A DNA stretch of 64,000 bases from Iphione sp. A-MEVVRFRX5 (Eukaryota), in NCBI GenBank assembly GCA_976226885.1, contig OZ320314.1, positions 81,654,001 through 81,718,000 of the forward strand. Direction: 5' to 3'. How positions within the stretch are numbered: the stretch's first letter is position 1; each line of letters opens with the position of its first letter. Below, piece after piece: positions 25,344 through 39,131 of the stretch. A program made the translations under genes and the position numbers. The notes beneath the pieces were generated by a model, which saw only the letters and a program-made list of their open reading frames with translations, had not been told where the DNA came from and searched no databases.

Positions 25344-26337
25344 AGAACAAAATTAAATATCAGTATGTACAGGTAGAATAGAAAAGGAAGGACAAGAAAT
25401 CAAAAACCACGTGATGAAGTATGCGGGAGATACTTTCGTAAGGAGACACGTTAAGTTTTTAACACTAAGAAGTAAGACATATTGTATTTAGGGAGTAATC
25501 GGTCTGTAAACTTAATTTTAAATTTAGATTTAATTTTAATCTCGGTCTCTTAACTGAGGCCTAAAATAGTCAAGTAAATGACACAATGTTGCTTTTTCAG
25601 TGAAGTCAAATATGTGAAAAATATTATAGAGGGCAATACATGTACGTCAATAATTTCAGTACTTTTTCTCGATGGTTTATCCTAAACCTGACAAGAATTT
25701 AGGGATGCAAAATATGAAAAAGAAACGATTTTATTTCAGAGATTTTATGGCCTTGCAATTTCGAAACGTATGGATATGTATGGTACTTCCCATAGGCTAA
25801 ATATTTGCACGGCGTATTAATCTTACAGGATACATTAAGGATTCCCTTCTGTGCGAGATTTAATGTCAGTAACAGCTAGTCACCCTTTGGCTTCATGAAC
25901 TGAGATGCAGATTGCTAGGTTTTTATCTAATAAGCTTCTCACATGCCCAGGGATTGAGAAGCTAAACAACCTTTAGCCGAACAAGGTCTACTATTGTGTG
26001 CCAACGCCATCAAGACGCCCGGCTTGCCAGTCCTCACGAAGGTCAAAACAATGGTGGCGAAGGTCAGCGAGGAAATGAGGACGGACGGTCGCCGCATGGA
26101 TGAATGGTATGTGGGATGGTGGCGGGACAACGAGCTTCGACGGTGGAAGAGTGGGGCGAGTGTCATGGTGCGGAAGGCGGGGCAGCGGCAGATGGATGGA
26201 GCCTCACACTCTCCAAATAGCACCTGTTACACGTGATATCCCCGCCCGACGCCGAGGAGACATGTTTACAGGGCCATTTGGCGCGGCGGCTTCACGACGA
26301 ACGACCACACTCAGTGCAAGGAGATGAAGGGAGCACT

Positions 26338-26364
26338 GGGAGAGGGGAGGGAGGGAGGGGGGGG
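26338..26364 (+). other. Canonical G-quadruplex-forming polypurine tract in a promoter-like CpG island
   Basis: GGG-AGA-GGGG-A-GGG-A-GGG-A-G8; five G-runs with short loops. Confidence 0.55.
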
Positions 26365-27191
26365 AGGAGAAGGAGGAGGAGGACTGGGCGGCATACTCTT
26401 CCAGAGTGGGAGTGGGGGTAGGGTTGTAGTTGCAGCGGATCAGGTGAGACTGTGGTGAGGGCGGAGCATTGCTACAGCCCCCAAGCCGTCCGCTCACCAG
26501 ACCCCTGTTCTCCGTGTTTGTATTCACCTGGGCGACGGGTCGCCCGAAACACGAGATTCGAGGGACTAGTTGGCTGCACACAAGACGTAGCACAAGAACG
26601 TGTCAGTTATATTTGTTTGCCGACTGCTCTCCAGGAGGGCAGAATTTCTGTCGATTGTGTCTTGGCAACACTTTCGAATCGTGGACGGAAATCCAATAGG
26701 AGCACAGGGGTGAATTGACGAGAGCCATGGGAAATTCAATACATTAAAGGAAACATGGATGAAAAGAGCATGGGAATTAATACACGTGTTTGCTTTACTT
26801 CATATGACCACCACCCTCCCCCAATCAACCACATTGTCGAGAAAAGCTTGGTCTGGGCTCAGCGCAGATCTTGATCCTGAAGGCGTTTTCCTCCCTTCTA
26901 GTTGTTCGTATCATCTATTGCTATTCACAAAGGTGTCGCCAACAAAAAGGACTGTGCAGCACTCATTACTTTTAATGTGGGACAACTTTTAGTAAGGCTT
27001 CAGGTTGAAAGCGACCTTGCATACCTGCTGCAAAATGGCTAAGCCTGAGGCCGTGAGACTGACATTGATGCAACTGTAGCGGACATCCTCACAATAGAAC
27101 CTGTCGTGGTTAGTAAATCGACCCTTTGCTCAGACACCTGTCTTCTCGCGGGTCTGTTATGTTTACAATTGCTGTAACCTGTCGTTGACCT

Positions 27192-27223
27192 GGGGAGCGA
27201 AGGGAAGGGGGAGGGGAAAAGGG
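27192..27223 (+). other. Canonical G-quadruplex motif
   Basis: GGGG-AGCGAA-GGG-AA-GGGGG-A-GGGG-AAAA-GGG. Confidence 0.5.
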
Positions 27224-30200
27224 TGACTGTGGGTGACTCTGGTCCACTGGATCCGCCCCCCACCGCCCTTTACACTACCATTCCCCCAGGTTGTCTCATG
27301 GACACCCTCGTCCAACCCTGGCAGTCGGGATCGATGTTGTAATCGAACTCATCTGGGGCAAGCGTCACCTGCTTACTATGATAAATACCTAGGAACGACC
27401 ACGATGGCCAGCTCTGATGGCCAAGCATGTGTGCTCACCACCCAGTCCTTTTTCATTGGCGGACCACTTTGGATTTGACCAGCCAGGCATTAGTGATTTG
27501 ATTGATTACCAGGGCCAACTGATCACTCGTGCAGATGCACAGAGGCTCCATCGCCTAGACCAGGGTGGGGAGGTCGGTGGGGGCGTCGCCGTGGAGGTCT
27601 TATCTTGATTCCACGTCCTACCTGACTGCTGGCGTGTCAACCTTTCCTGAGTAGACCGCCCTCAGTTAAGCTGGCTATGAAAATGCTTATTACCACTCAT
27701 AACAGGAGCATAAAGGTATACTTTCGAAGGGTGTAATGGACAGAAACGTTCAGGCTAATGGCAAGAATGGCAATTTACGAGGCATTGACCACCATTTGTA
27801 TTTAGTAACTACTTGTGTGGCCGCACATGTCGACACGAGAAAGACGTCACCGACAATAAAGACTGGACCATAAAAGCAAACTCGCCCTTTCATGGACGAA
27901 CAACAGCATATTTCCTTTGTTACAAGCTGCTGTAATTAAACCAAAGGGACTACATGCATGTTAATACTTAAAGCACGAACAGCAGGCATATATACCAAGC
28001 ATCAAATGGGATTTTCACCAGACTATGCTACAAAATTCATGTAGCACAGGTGACGTTTTAATCCCCTAGCCTTTTTGTTTGCTAGCACCGTGTCTTTTTA
28101 ATTAGTTCTTTATAGCATTAAAGGATGCCTACTTTATAAAATTCCTGTCATGTCCAGGCTAAAAAAAACAGGTGATGCATTGAACGGAAATTATTTCGTG
28201 AAAAAGGTGTTCGTGATATATAGCCTAACATTGCATGCGTTGCGGGTTTTTGTTGTGATGGCCTTACCTGCGCAATTTGTAACAATGTAGTGCCGAGAAC
28301 ATGCTTCTATCCGTCCGTTGTACTACCGCTATAAAATTACCCCATTACTTGTAACTGGAACTGCATGGTGGTCTGTCGTTTCAACAAATAATAGTCACAC
28401 AGCAGCGGTCATAAATCACAACGGGAGGAGACGAGTGGTTTGCAGGAGTCTGACCCGGCGTTGGCCCCGAGGTCCACCTACCAGTTGTTACATGGAGAAC
28501 AGCGATACCAGATTGAAGGATGCCCATGTCTAGGCTGGACGAATGACATGCTGTTCGACGCAGTGATCTATCGCCGATGGTTCTGGATCGTTCCCAGCAC
28601 TTTGGGGAAATAAAGAGTGACTAGTTCGTTCGGGGCTCTTAAAACTGCCAGATTTGACACAGGTGACCATTCAACACCTGCGGATGTCTTTACCCGGGTT
28701 TTACAAACACTGATCTCGGAATGGCTGCTTGTTCGGGTTGGGCGGCACTGGTCTTCCTCACCACTGGTTGAAATCAATAGTCAAACGTCCATCGCATCCG
28801 CCACTTGATCAGCTCTACATAAAGGACACCATCAACGGTCAACTGTTGACCGCTATCACCCCTGCTGCTAAGCTGTCTTGATAGAGAAGTCAACGCCTTC
28901 CAGTGGGCTCCTTCCACCAGAAAGCTTGGTGTAGGGCAATGCAGGAGGGTTGGAACAGTCCTGCGGCGTCGAAAAATCAACCCTCATAGAGTTACGGCCG
29001 GCCGTTCAGCCTTCGTGCTCCACTGAGTGGAACACTGGCCGAGTGCCATTGACAAAGTGGTCACTGTCACAGGGTCCCGATGAGAACGCACCCAGTTGCC
29101 GGTCGCCTGCAGTTAACGCGGCTAGGTTTTGTAATTAACCCTGTGAAACGAAGCCTTCGTTTGCCCAAGCACGAGGCTCTCCTTGTGCCCGATGCCCCGC
29201 TGATGCCCGTAAAAGGGTCCGCCTGGTGGTTTTTGTGTCTGTTGTCACGGCGAGCTAAAATGATCGTCGTCTATGCAGCTCGTCGCCACAGGTGGTCTAC
29301 GTTAGAAGAAGGCCACAGGGACTAACTGCTCCACCTTGACGCCTTTCTTAAAACATAATCGTCATCCCCACTATCATCTTCACCAGCTCCGACAACAACT
29401 TTAAGGCCAGGGAATGAATCGTGAAATCCCTTATGGTCTCGCCTATTTAGAAAAAAAGACCAGTATTCATGACGTTCTACTTGATGCTGATATAATGTCT
29501 TCCATAGGCGCAACTCAACGCAGCTTACTAATCACTTACATGGTGATTTCTGTAGGACGATATACCACATCTTCACGCATGTAGTATAATAGACACCCAT
29601 GTCTTTAGAACCCAATTCGTATGTATACGTGTACATCATGCATGCACGCGTATGCAAGGGTCCTAACTTTCTAACGTCGTATGTGTCGCCGAAGTTGACT
29701 ATCGAAAACATTTCCTCGTGTTTTAAGACTCCCCCCCCCCCTCCGAAAGAGAAGGGATGACCGAGGCAGCCCAAAGAAACTCTTAAGAAGATGCCATTTG
29801 CTCGTAATGTAAAGAGAATACGTCGCTAATAAGGGTCATATGTGAGTCCCTTCTTCACAAGTTAGAAGTATTTTCTTGTATAATGACACCAGGCACGCAC
29901 AAAGCGTTGGCGCTGCTTTTGCTGCCTTTCATGCGACCTGCCAAGGTATAAAAACCTCAGCAGCACCATCTTCTTTCATCGTAGTGAGTGACGATTCCAA
30001 ATAACATCCTTTCAAACAAATTTTCAGTGTCAAATCTTCGCATTCGTTGATTTTTTATTTTTAGTGCGCGTCTCCATAAACTTTGCCATGAAATGGCGAC
30101 TGCGTATGTTCAGCATGATTTCTCTTCCGAGTTGTAAGTACACGTATACAGTTGCACATTTCTCCTCAATTATTTCCCTCCTTACACACAGATGGCAACT

Positions 30201-30884
30201 AGTAATAGAACACGCCCCTAATAAGAAGTGGTCCCCAGAGGCAAAAGCAAGAATTATGTCTCAAATCAATTCGAATTCCTACATCCACTGGGTGATCACC
30301 TACAGTGGTAATATGATAGCAGTCAAGAGGCCGATGTGGCTTTCTTGTCATCTGACTGTAGCCTCAGTCGGTCCCGTAAGGTCATACTTGATGGGGAAGA
30401 GAGGCTTTCGGCTGCCGAACAAAATCAACCTACTAGTCTGAGAGGGGAAGGCACAGGTAAAGTAAGACGCATCTATCAGGGGGTGGCCGCTGGTAATGCG
30501 TCACGTTCGCTTCTGCGATGGCAGGTGGAGGTGACTCGCACGGAACCAAAGGTGGAGGGTCAATGGGTGCATGAGGACACCAGACAGACAACTCTTGATT
30601 AAGGCTGGCGGGTCTTAGACAGACCACTAATGCTATGCTGCTTCTTTACGGGGCTGCATTTTAAAGGAGAAGCGCCCATATCCACATCTAACGAGATAAC
30701 TGTACCTTTTTTTTGTTGCTTGGCTTGAAAAAGAGACAATTTTCTTGCCGGCTGCTTCCCGTTGGTACATGCTTTCTATACCATTATATTCTTGGAATTA
30801 ACTTCAATAGGGACGATTAGAACATCGACATAAGTATGGGCATTGTTCACCAAAGATAAACATGAGCTGAATATTTGGGAAATA

Positions 30885-31051
30885 CAGTGAGAACACCAAG
30901 ACAGGGGACAACTTTAGAATGGGAATACTTTGGTCCAGAACAGTGTCATATTTTGGCTATACATGGTACTATCCAGGACTGGGGACATCATTTACAGTGG
31001 GACACTTTCACTGGGAACCAAGGCTGTCACCAGTTGTCGAGTTCTTCTGTG
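30885..31051. mobile_element. Degenerate TA-flanked MITE, probably the same pogo-like group
   Basis: Starts TA|CAGTGAGAACACC and ends GAGTTCTTCTGTG|TA; size (~167 bp) is similar to the 4148 and 55523 copies. The TIR match is poor. Confidence 0.4.
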
Positions 31052-31620
31052 TATGATAGAAAATCAACTCTTTAAGAGTCCAAACCTGAAAACTTGCGGA
31101 AACAGTCACCTTCTCAATCTCCCGCCAACTCTGCTGACAGAACACCTAAGAAAGCACTGCGCGTGACCAGAAATGCACCTGCAGCGACGAGGTGCTATTA
31201 AGACAGGGTTTGTTCTGCAAAATATCGCAAATATTAATCTGCGCGTGGGGACAGCGACTGCCAAAGAAGTCTCCCTTCGAGAAAAAAACACCTGCCGGAC
31301 TTGAAGGCGTCGATTCGAAGGATCACGGTGCACGTGGAAGACTCTCTCCAGAAGATGTGGCTCCTAACGTATTAACAGAATTAAAATAGTTCAATCTGAA
31401 GAAAATATAGATCAAAATGCTTGGTACGAGTTCCTGCACGGAAAGTCAGTCGATGCTTTTTCCCAAACGAACCATCATTGGATAACTGCCATAAACATCG
31501 GACTGAACTTTGTCCAATAATTTCCTACACCGAGTGGATAAAGTCCACTGCATTATAATTATGGACATTGAATCTCCCAGCGAGAAATTATGCCATGTCA
31601 ATGCTATATCTAAGGTGTTA

Positions 31621-32191
31621 GGCCCGGTTTCCATACCTGCATTTGTGCCTGGGTGTGTTCCTGTCCGTTTCCTGTCAGTTCCTATCCGTTTTTATCGATG
31701 ATACTGATTTCAATGGAAGGGCTTCCTTACTTGTGGGTGTTTGCAGTGCGTTGTAGTGCGTGTTTGATTTTGGTGAATGCTTTATAATTTTTCACACATA
31801 TACTTCTTCATATTTCTTTACATTTCTTCACTTTACTCATCATTTACGCACATTTCCACACATGTGCATCCTTTCCCACACATTTTCCTGTCGTTTTCAC
31901 TGATTTTTGCAGCTTTTATCCTTGTTTTCGACCTTTTCCATCATTTTGGTGATTTTCGTTGCTATTAACATCATTTTTACCTTCATATTCCTGCATTTTC
32001 GCCGATTTTCATGGCTTTTAATATCATATTTGTTCTTTTTCATAAGTTTTCTCATAATTTCATGCATAAATATGCACTGTGAACTAGGACACCCCCATGT
32101 ATGACCTTGCAGGAAAAAAAAACCACAAGGCCCCGGACTGGAAACGTACCCGCAAGGGAATGTAAAGAAATGCAGGTAAGGAAACTGGGCC
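31621..32191. mobile_element. PIF/Harbinger-type (Tourist-like) MITE, 571 bp, 24-bp TIR, TTA TSD
   Basis: Left TTA|GGCCCGGTTTCCATACCTGCATTT; right end reverse-complemented GGCCCAGTTTCCTTACCTGCATTT (22/24 identical), followed by TTA at 32192..32194. A 3-bp TWA TSD is the Harbinger hallmark. Confidence 0.88.
31803..32060 (+). repeat. Phased T-tract array (~25 tracts, ~10.2-bp period) inside the Harbinger MITE
   Basis: T-run centres at about 31814, 31824, 31833, 31844 ... 32048, 32059 (24 intervals over 245 bp); spacers are not conserved. Confidence 0.85.
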
Positions 32192-34716
32192 TTAGCCACC
32201 ACTTTTGTTTTCTTTTCCTATAGGCTTGAATTCATTCTTTTGGTTTACAGCACACATGTAATAATGGCCTTAGTGTAAAATTAAATTCAAGGTTTAAAAA
32301 CAAAAGGACAACACCTTGCCTTAATGGGTTTCTTTACAAAACGTTCAAATGGCTGGAAAGTACAATAATTATTTATTCTGTAGAAGGCAACAGATTTTTA
32401 CAATCCTTTGATTTGGTGAGTTGCATTTGAGATGACAATACATTCATGAGATTTCCTGCTAACGCAAGACCAAAGAATATTCCTATATTGCCCGAGTCTG
32501 GTCTATCGAATACATGATTGTATTCAAAATCGCATTGGCATTCCGTATGTCTCACGCCTAGAACGTTTGTCAATTATTGACGTTTTCTATGAGCTCCCAT
32601 TTGTAAAGATATGAGGAAGACATCAATGATAGAGAGTGTGCGTCTTAAGATAACTTATACTACAAAAACATTTTACCAGGAACATTCCCATAGCCTGAGT
32701 TCTTCTTTGTGACAGGTCGAGAATGTCTATTCTTTATTCTCAATTCGCCACTTGAGCGCAGCTTCCTGCTGTAGAATCGAAGTGAAAAGGGCATTTGAGT
32801 GACACTGTGATATATTTACAGTAGTGCACTTTATTTAAATATGTTCCGCTCACACGAGTCGAAAAAATCTATGGACAATGCATGAATTGATCGTATTTAC
32901 ATCGGTTTTACACTGAATGAAAATGAAAATTCAAATGTAGTTCATAGGAAATTATTATACAGTATCGTTATGTGCAGTGTTATGATTTCGGGGATTTACT
33001 GCAACCGATACTAAAAGATTTACTTCTGCACTTGTATCATAGAATCTATGGGATTTCTCTACGACGTTTTCACCAAGCTTTTTAATGGATCGCAGACGGA
33101 GGAATAAACGTAGCCTTTCCATCTATTCATTGATTTCTACAAAAGTACGACATACTACGCACCGTGATGCGAAAAAACAATAGAGAATACTACGGAATAG
33201 GGTGCAGTGAATCACGGACGTAAACACATGGTCACATAGACATTAGCACCACGCTTCATATCAACATAAAAGGATCCAAATAAACATGGAAGAATAGGGG
33301 CGAACATTAGTATTTACATGTATTCGGAGTATAGTACTTTCACGAAACACAAATGAAAAGACCCCCTAAGATTCCCGTACCAGTATATTGCACCGGAAAT
33401 CGATACTCCCAATGCAGCAAAAGACACAACTGCAGGAAGCATCATAAGAACTGTTTGAGACGTATGCCATAATTAGTAAATATTGTATTTCTACCTACTG
33501 CTGTCATTGGAATGGAAATATGATGAAGCTATTATGCTCGACTAAGTACTCCATCAGAAACAGGGCCGCGCTGAACGTCGGGCCAAATAAAGATGGGATA
33601 TCTCTGTGTGATACATGAAGCCCATTAATGGCTGAGATAAGAGGTGACTTTGCCTGATAGGCACACCGAACGGGGGAGACCACGGCCGCATTGCTTCCAA
33701 TCCGGAGACCCGGAGCTACAGGGCAATCTCTGCCGTTACATCTGCAGAAGTTGACGCCAGATGTGACCAGGCCATAAGCATAGAATATCGCTAGGTGAGT
33801 AACCCCGAGAATGATTTGTTCCTAAGAGCGGTCACCTTTGCCTCGTGGTCTATATACAGCCACAAAGACTAATCTGGCTGGCTTGCCGTATCAGGACTTG
33901 CCTTCTGCGCAGCTAACAACAATCGGCAAAGAAGAGGGAAATTTTGTATGCCATGACTATTTTGTAGCTGCAGTTTGTCATTCGATTGATCTCTGGTAGT
34001 TATAAAGCAAACTGAAGACACGAGGAGAACACTCAGTTATAATACACGTTTTATATAGGTCAGATTGTAATGTTAACATGCTGTTTGTCATATTCATCTC
34101 CAGAACAAGAATTGAAATTGTCTAGTTGATTGATTAAGTGCATCTCGTTTAAAAGCGCCACACACGATGTTCATAACTAATTAAATCGTCAGTATGACAG
34201 TGTAGAAACCTAGCAAGTGAGCAGATAGAAAAGGGTTAAAGGAATACCTGTCATACGACACAGCGAGCAGGGGTACATGAAAGATACAGTAGCGTTCTGC
34301 ATTATAAAATAAATGCTACAACACAGTGCCTTATTTTCTTTGTTTCATAGAGGATATGATGACATTGTTTTTGTCACGAAAACAGATCCACGAATGATCA
34401 TAACGGGGCAAATGTGAACCGACAAGCAGGGAAGCTGCTCACACAGCATCCCGGTTTGGCTGCCTTTTTTGATTGATCGATCACGGCGTTAGACAAACAA
34501 AGCAATCTTGAAGGACACGGAAACAATAAACTCTGAAGAAGACACATGCAATCCTGCCAATAGCTCACTTTCATCTAATAACAGTTCGATTTGTACTTCA
34601 AATTTCATCATGCATCGCATTTATTGCATGCCAGGTAATTCCATGGCAAATGGGAAAAGTTGGACATAGCCTCGCCGAATGTGAATAGCCCGATGTAGGG
34701 GACGCTGACGGCCCGT

Positions 34717-34730
34717 CCACCAGGCGGCGC
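34717..34730 (+). promoter_or_regulatory. CTCF-like motif CCACCAGGCGGCGC
   Basis: One mismatch to the CTCF core, within a CpG-rich island. Confidence 0.4.
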
Positions 34731-36903
34731 ACAAAACATCAGACGACAATTGGATTTAAAACAAAGAATGCGACCCCTGTCGTGAGACTGTCAGCCCTGA
34801 TCCGGCCGTAGGCTCTGCGGCTTACGCCCGATAATCACAAGCCATCACGTCGCTGTCATGCCGGCAAGGCCGGGTAGAGAACGCTGGCGACACCCTGGCC
34901 ACATCACAAGATGGGCCGCGGCGGCAAATCCGGCCAATTTGCGCTGATATCGTGCCACCAGCCGTCAGTCTCGAAACCTCAATATTTCCACGTTCCCCCT
35001 GTCGCGTAACCGGCAACAATTGAGCACGCTTGCAGGGACTGCTGTCAAGTAATAGGCTTATCTTGGCAGAGGCATAACAACTTCATTTTCTTCCAGCTCC
35101 CCCCTTCTTTCGACAGAGCGACGGGGCATATTGCGGTGAATGTTCGGCATGCTACTCACAAATCCGCCTCGCCATATTTGTTCAGTTTTCTCCACCTCGT
35201 AATCCGTCTGCATACAAGTGTCCATATGTACAAGTGCTTTAAGTGGTGGTAGCTTGTGAATATTTCAAATCGCTGCACTCAGCAGCCTCCAGAAGCAAGT
35301 ATTTCACAGCATGGATGGCAGCATGCTTTTGCATCAACTTTGTACCTGTTGCTCCTGAATACAAAACCTGCCGGAGACATCTGCAGAATGGATCTAATGG
35401 TGAAAACTGAAACGATCCCCCACCTGAACAACAACCTGGCTGCGTGGCGGCCGGTCCCGCGAATGTCCTCTGATGATTAGGGGATCTGTTTGTCTGAACG
35501 ATCCGGTGCGCTCTCGGGGGAAGAGCAAAGGACCTGGCTGGATCGGGTGAGCGGGTTCCTAGTGGTCGGGGCTAATTAAAGGACGACTAGCTTTCACCGA
35601 AGGACAACACAACAAAGGCGCTGCTTTTCAGGAAATGCCACTTGAAAAGAACTGTAGAGATGGAGTGGGGGCATTTGCCTGTTCGTTTCCCTTGAGCACA
35701 TGTTATAGCGGCCATTCCGACGCAAACATTTGTCCTTACGACAGGGGCAACTTTGGATTGCATTCAAACAAAACGTCGGGTTATCCATAGGAACTGCCGA
35801 AAAGGCTGATCTACCACCAATGAAGTAGTCACTTGGCAACTGAATCGTAATTAAGAACTTAATGTTAACTGCAAAGAGAAAAATGGACCACAGTTGCTGC
35901 GACTGGGGCTCAAGTCGCTCAAGGACTGTCGATACTGGGAATGGTGCTTTTTTTTACGACCGGTCTTATTTATTGCCAGTTGGATTTTAATTCAATTATG
36001 AAGCGAAAGCTAGGGATTTTCAGCAATTTGACCTAACAATAGGAAACATTCCGATGGGAACAGTGGAACATGACGACAATCGAACAAATGGATTATTTGT
36101 TCCGAAACCTGCCCCACCAGAAGTAATGTTCAGTTAGGGGAAACCAGTTGAGGAATACACAGCATTTTGACGTATGATCATGAAGGATGATGATTCACAC
36201 CGTATGAGATCAATAATATAAAATGTGCTCATGACAGTATATTGCCTCGGCAAAATTACTCTTCTTTAGAGAATAACCTCTTTCAAATCAGGTTTGAACC
36301 AATAAGAAACATACTGAAGAAGGCCGGTTGCAGTAGTATATAAAGCCTGTGACCATCATTGTGTGAAAAATGGCGCATTTTTCACGATACACTCAATCCC
36401 GTTGTTTGAAATTCAGACAGAGCACTCCGACACTCCTCATACAGGAAACGACTTTCAAATAAAGTATCCTTCTGCATGTACGCAACATATTTTCCCGAGT
36501 CTTTTGAACTGAATGGTTTGCCAGTTACTAGCCGTTGCCGAATCACAGGCGGAGAGGGCATTGCATCTGTAACGTTCAAGTGCAGCATTGGCGTCACAGT
36601 CCTACACAAACTGATTTCGTCCGTTCCTCCGGGAACAATGCATCACCGGCCTTAGAGGAATCATGATGTCAACTTTTCAAACATACGTCGCCGATGTCGG
36701 CTATAACTCTGGGGATGTTTACGCTGTGGACACACTGGTTGATGGCCACTGCATCGCCTCATAGGACCGATTGGGCCCATTTTCTTGGATGACCCTTGCA
36801 TCCTTTAGGGTCTTGGTGCATTTAAAGGGAAAAGTGATGGCACCAAAACTTTACCCAATATCCGAAGTTTATTGAATCATACGGTATAAATTGTATATCC
36901 AGT

Positions 36904-37577
36904 GCCCATCAAAGTCCATACCTGCGTTGGTATCCATGTGCCTAGGGTGCATTGGCATGTGTATTTATAGACCATGTTGACTACAGTGTGGAGTGTTCCA
37001 TACATGTGCTCCACTGCATATGCATTGGGGCGTGTTGGGTGTCCGTTGTTCATTATTGAGCACTGCCTGATCATTTCATGCACAAATGGATGAAGACAAG
37101 GTAAAGCAAGCTTTATTTCCCCTGAAATTAACTGTTTTAGAGGATATAAGCTGTGTTTACACATTTTTGTGCACTTTTTCCAATCAATTCTCGACATTTC
37201 CCCACAAACTTGCCGTTTTTCGTACTTTTTTCATCAAGTTCACCACTTTTTGCTACTTTTATTATCATATTTGCCACTTTTCATATTCTTTCCCATCAAT
37301 TTTGCAAGTTTTTGGCTCTTTTATAGTCAAACTCATTCATTTTCATGCTTTTCCTTGTCAATTTCACTGGTTTTCACTGCTCTTATAATCAAATTCACCA
37401 TTTTTCCACTTTCCCAACATCATTCATGCTCACAAAAACACTGTCCACACATGCACCCCAAAAGAAACCCCTGTGCAGTGAGGCTGTATGGGGCTGTATT
37501 CGGCTGAGTGAAAAACAGATTGTTCCCAGACGCTTCATGCAGCCTCACAGATACAAACTCAGGTAACAAAACTGGGC
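36904..37577. mobile_element. Diverged relative of the 31621 Harbinger-type MITE with a phased T-tract array (37156..37412)
   Basis: Left GCCCA-tcaaag-TCCATACCTGC and right CAGGTAAC-AAAACTGGGC resemble the 31621 TIRs. Same internal layout (GT-rich segment, ~250 bp of ~10-bp-phased T runs, A-run, TIR). TSD not clear. Confidence 0.6.
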
Positions 37578-39131
37578 TTTTTCAGCATTTTATCCACTTT
37601 AAGAGTGACCCTTATCCTAAAAAGGCGAAGTTCCCATAAGTTTCATCTTGAAATTCAGAGTTACTTTTGGAAAAAGACCTGCTGCATTGATATTATTCAA
37701 TTAAAACCTGTTTTATTTTGTTTAGTCGAGAATGTTGCTTTTTATATTGGATGGCTCCTTTACGCAAAAGCCTTCTTAAATGTTTTCTTCGTCTTCATTT
37801 TGAACATTACGCGATACACATACAAAATATTCTTGACTTAAATGGGAGACAAATTAGATCGAGTTTTGTATCTGAATCCCTTCCTCATTTTTTTGGGCAA
37901 ACACATATTATGGCTTTCCAAGCACGGTACCTTGTTCACACCTTCAGTCTCGACGTAGTGCATTCTTCAATACAGAGATAGTTCTAGGATACTGCGTGAA
38001 ATATTTCTTGGTGTCTGTTTAAATACCGCTTTTCATTCAGTTGACCAGGAGTTCCTTTCTATTCAAACTCTGGTTGATAGAGGACCTCTCACAAAAGACT
38101 TTCACAAAAGGGTAACATGTCGGAAACGGTGTTGTCTTCACAAAGGCCTACTATTCTAACCCAGTGACTGGTACTGTTTCCCTGAAGGGAGGGAGCCATC
38201 CGGCAATAGACATTGTCGACCTCTAGTTCATCGTAAGTTAAGTGACAAAAGGACCATGCCTGCCGGTGGTGGGTTCCCAATATATCACCAGGCTAGCAGG
38301 TCAAGGTAACATGGTGGCCGAGGTGTGACGTCAATCGATCTAAGATCGCACTAGCGGTAGAACGGACAGGTGAGAGTAACCGGACGTCGGCCACCTCTGC
38401 GAAGTGCAAGGACACTACAGCCAGGCCGAGGTCCCCGAATGATGGAGCACAGTTGGAGGTGGTGTGAAGACGGGCTCCTCCCGGGTCTTTCTCCAGGGGA
38501 GCCCGCCTGGAGGTGTATACATCAGGCTGGCTGATTAATTGGGTTACATGCCTTTCCGCTGTATCGGCATTCTGCAGGTGATCTGTCACTAAATGCAGTA
38601 ATAGTGGTACACTTTAAAACGGTTGTAATTAATCATGCATAGAGTGTGTACATCACAGCGCAAACGCCATTACCGGCCATTACCTTGAGGCCAGAGGTTC
38701 TAAAAGACCAACAGAGACACGGAAACTTACTTGCATTATCTGTCCCCCCAGGCCTGACAGCAGTGATATGGGTATGTAGGTAAAGTGGTAGGAGCGCCTA
38801 ATTTAATGTACGGACGTAAGTGCTATCTTGGGAATCTCTATTCCCTTCTGTGTTTGTACAAAAATGGAATTTCCCACTCAGATGATATCAAAGTATAATG
38901 GCCAATTGTTGTCATTTAATGTGGACGTCGCAGAAACACATTTATATTATGTCCATTAAAAAACACAAACAGGCAAGACCTCACAGCATCGATGGGCTCC
39001 AGTAGATTATACACACCATCGCCTTTACTGGCCTTGAATGGAGTGAAGTATCTTCCCCTAAAGGCCAACATTGGCTACCTCAGCTGTCGCTTTAAACGAA
39101 ATAGCAGGATAGCTTTTTGTCAAGGCGAGGC

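Larger units (their letters stand above)
22256..25550 (-). mobile_element. Non-LTR retrotransposon (CR1/L2/Crack group), full ORF2, 3' UTR and poly(A) tail; no ORF1 seen
   Basis: 18-T run 22256..22273 (poly(A) on the minus strand) after AATAAA. 3' stem-loop CCTGGCA-CC-ATTTG-GG-AT-TGCTAGG at 22288..22312. APE+RT ORF 22506..25343. The 5' boundary is approximate and no TSD was found. Confidence 0.93.

Noticed and set aside
28836-28852. Perfect 8-bp inverted repeat CGGTCAAC-T-GTTGACCG
   Set aside because: About one such palindrome is expected by chance in 64 kb.
32157-32169. 13-nt match to miR-1 (GGAATGTAAAGAA)
   Set aside because: It abuts the MITE TIR, diverges after 13 nt and has no pre-miRNA hairpin partner. 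Spot checks for other conserved miRNAs (let-7, miR-10, miR-31, miR-100, miR-125) found no full match.
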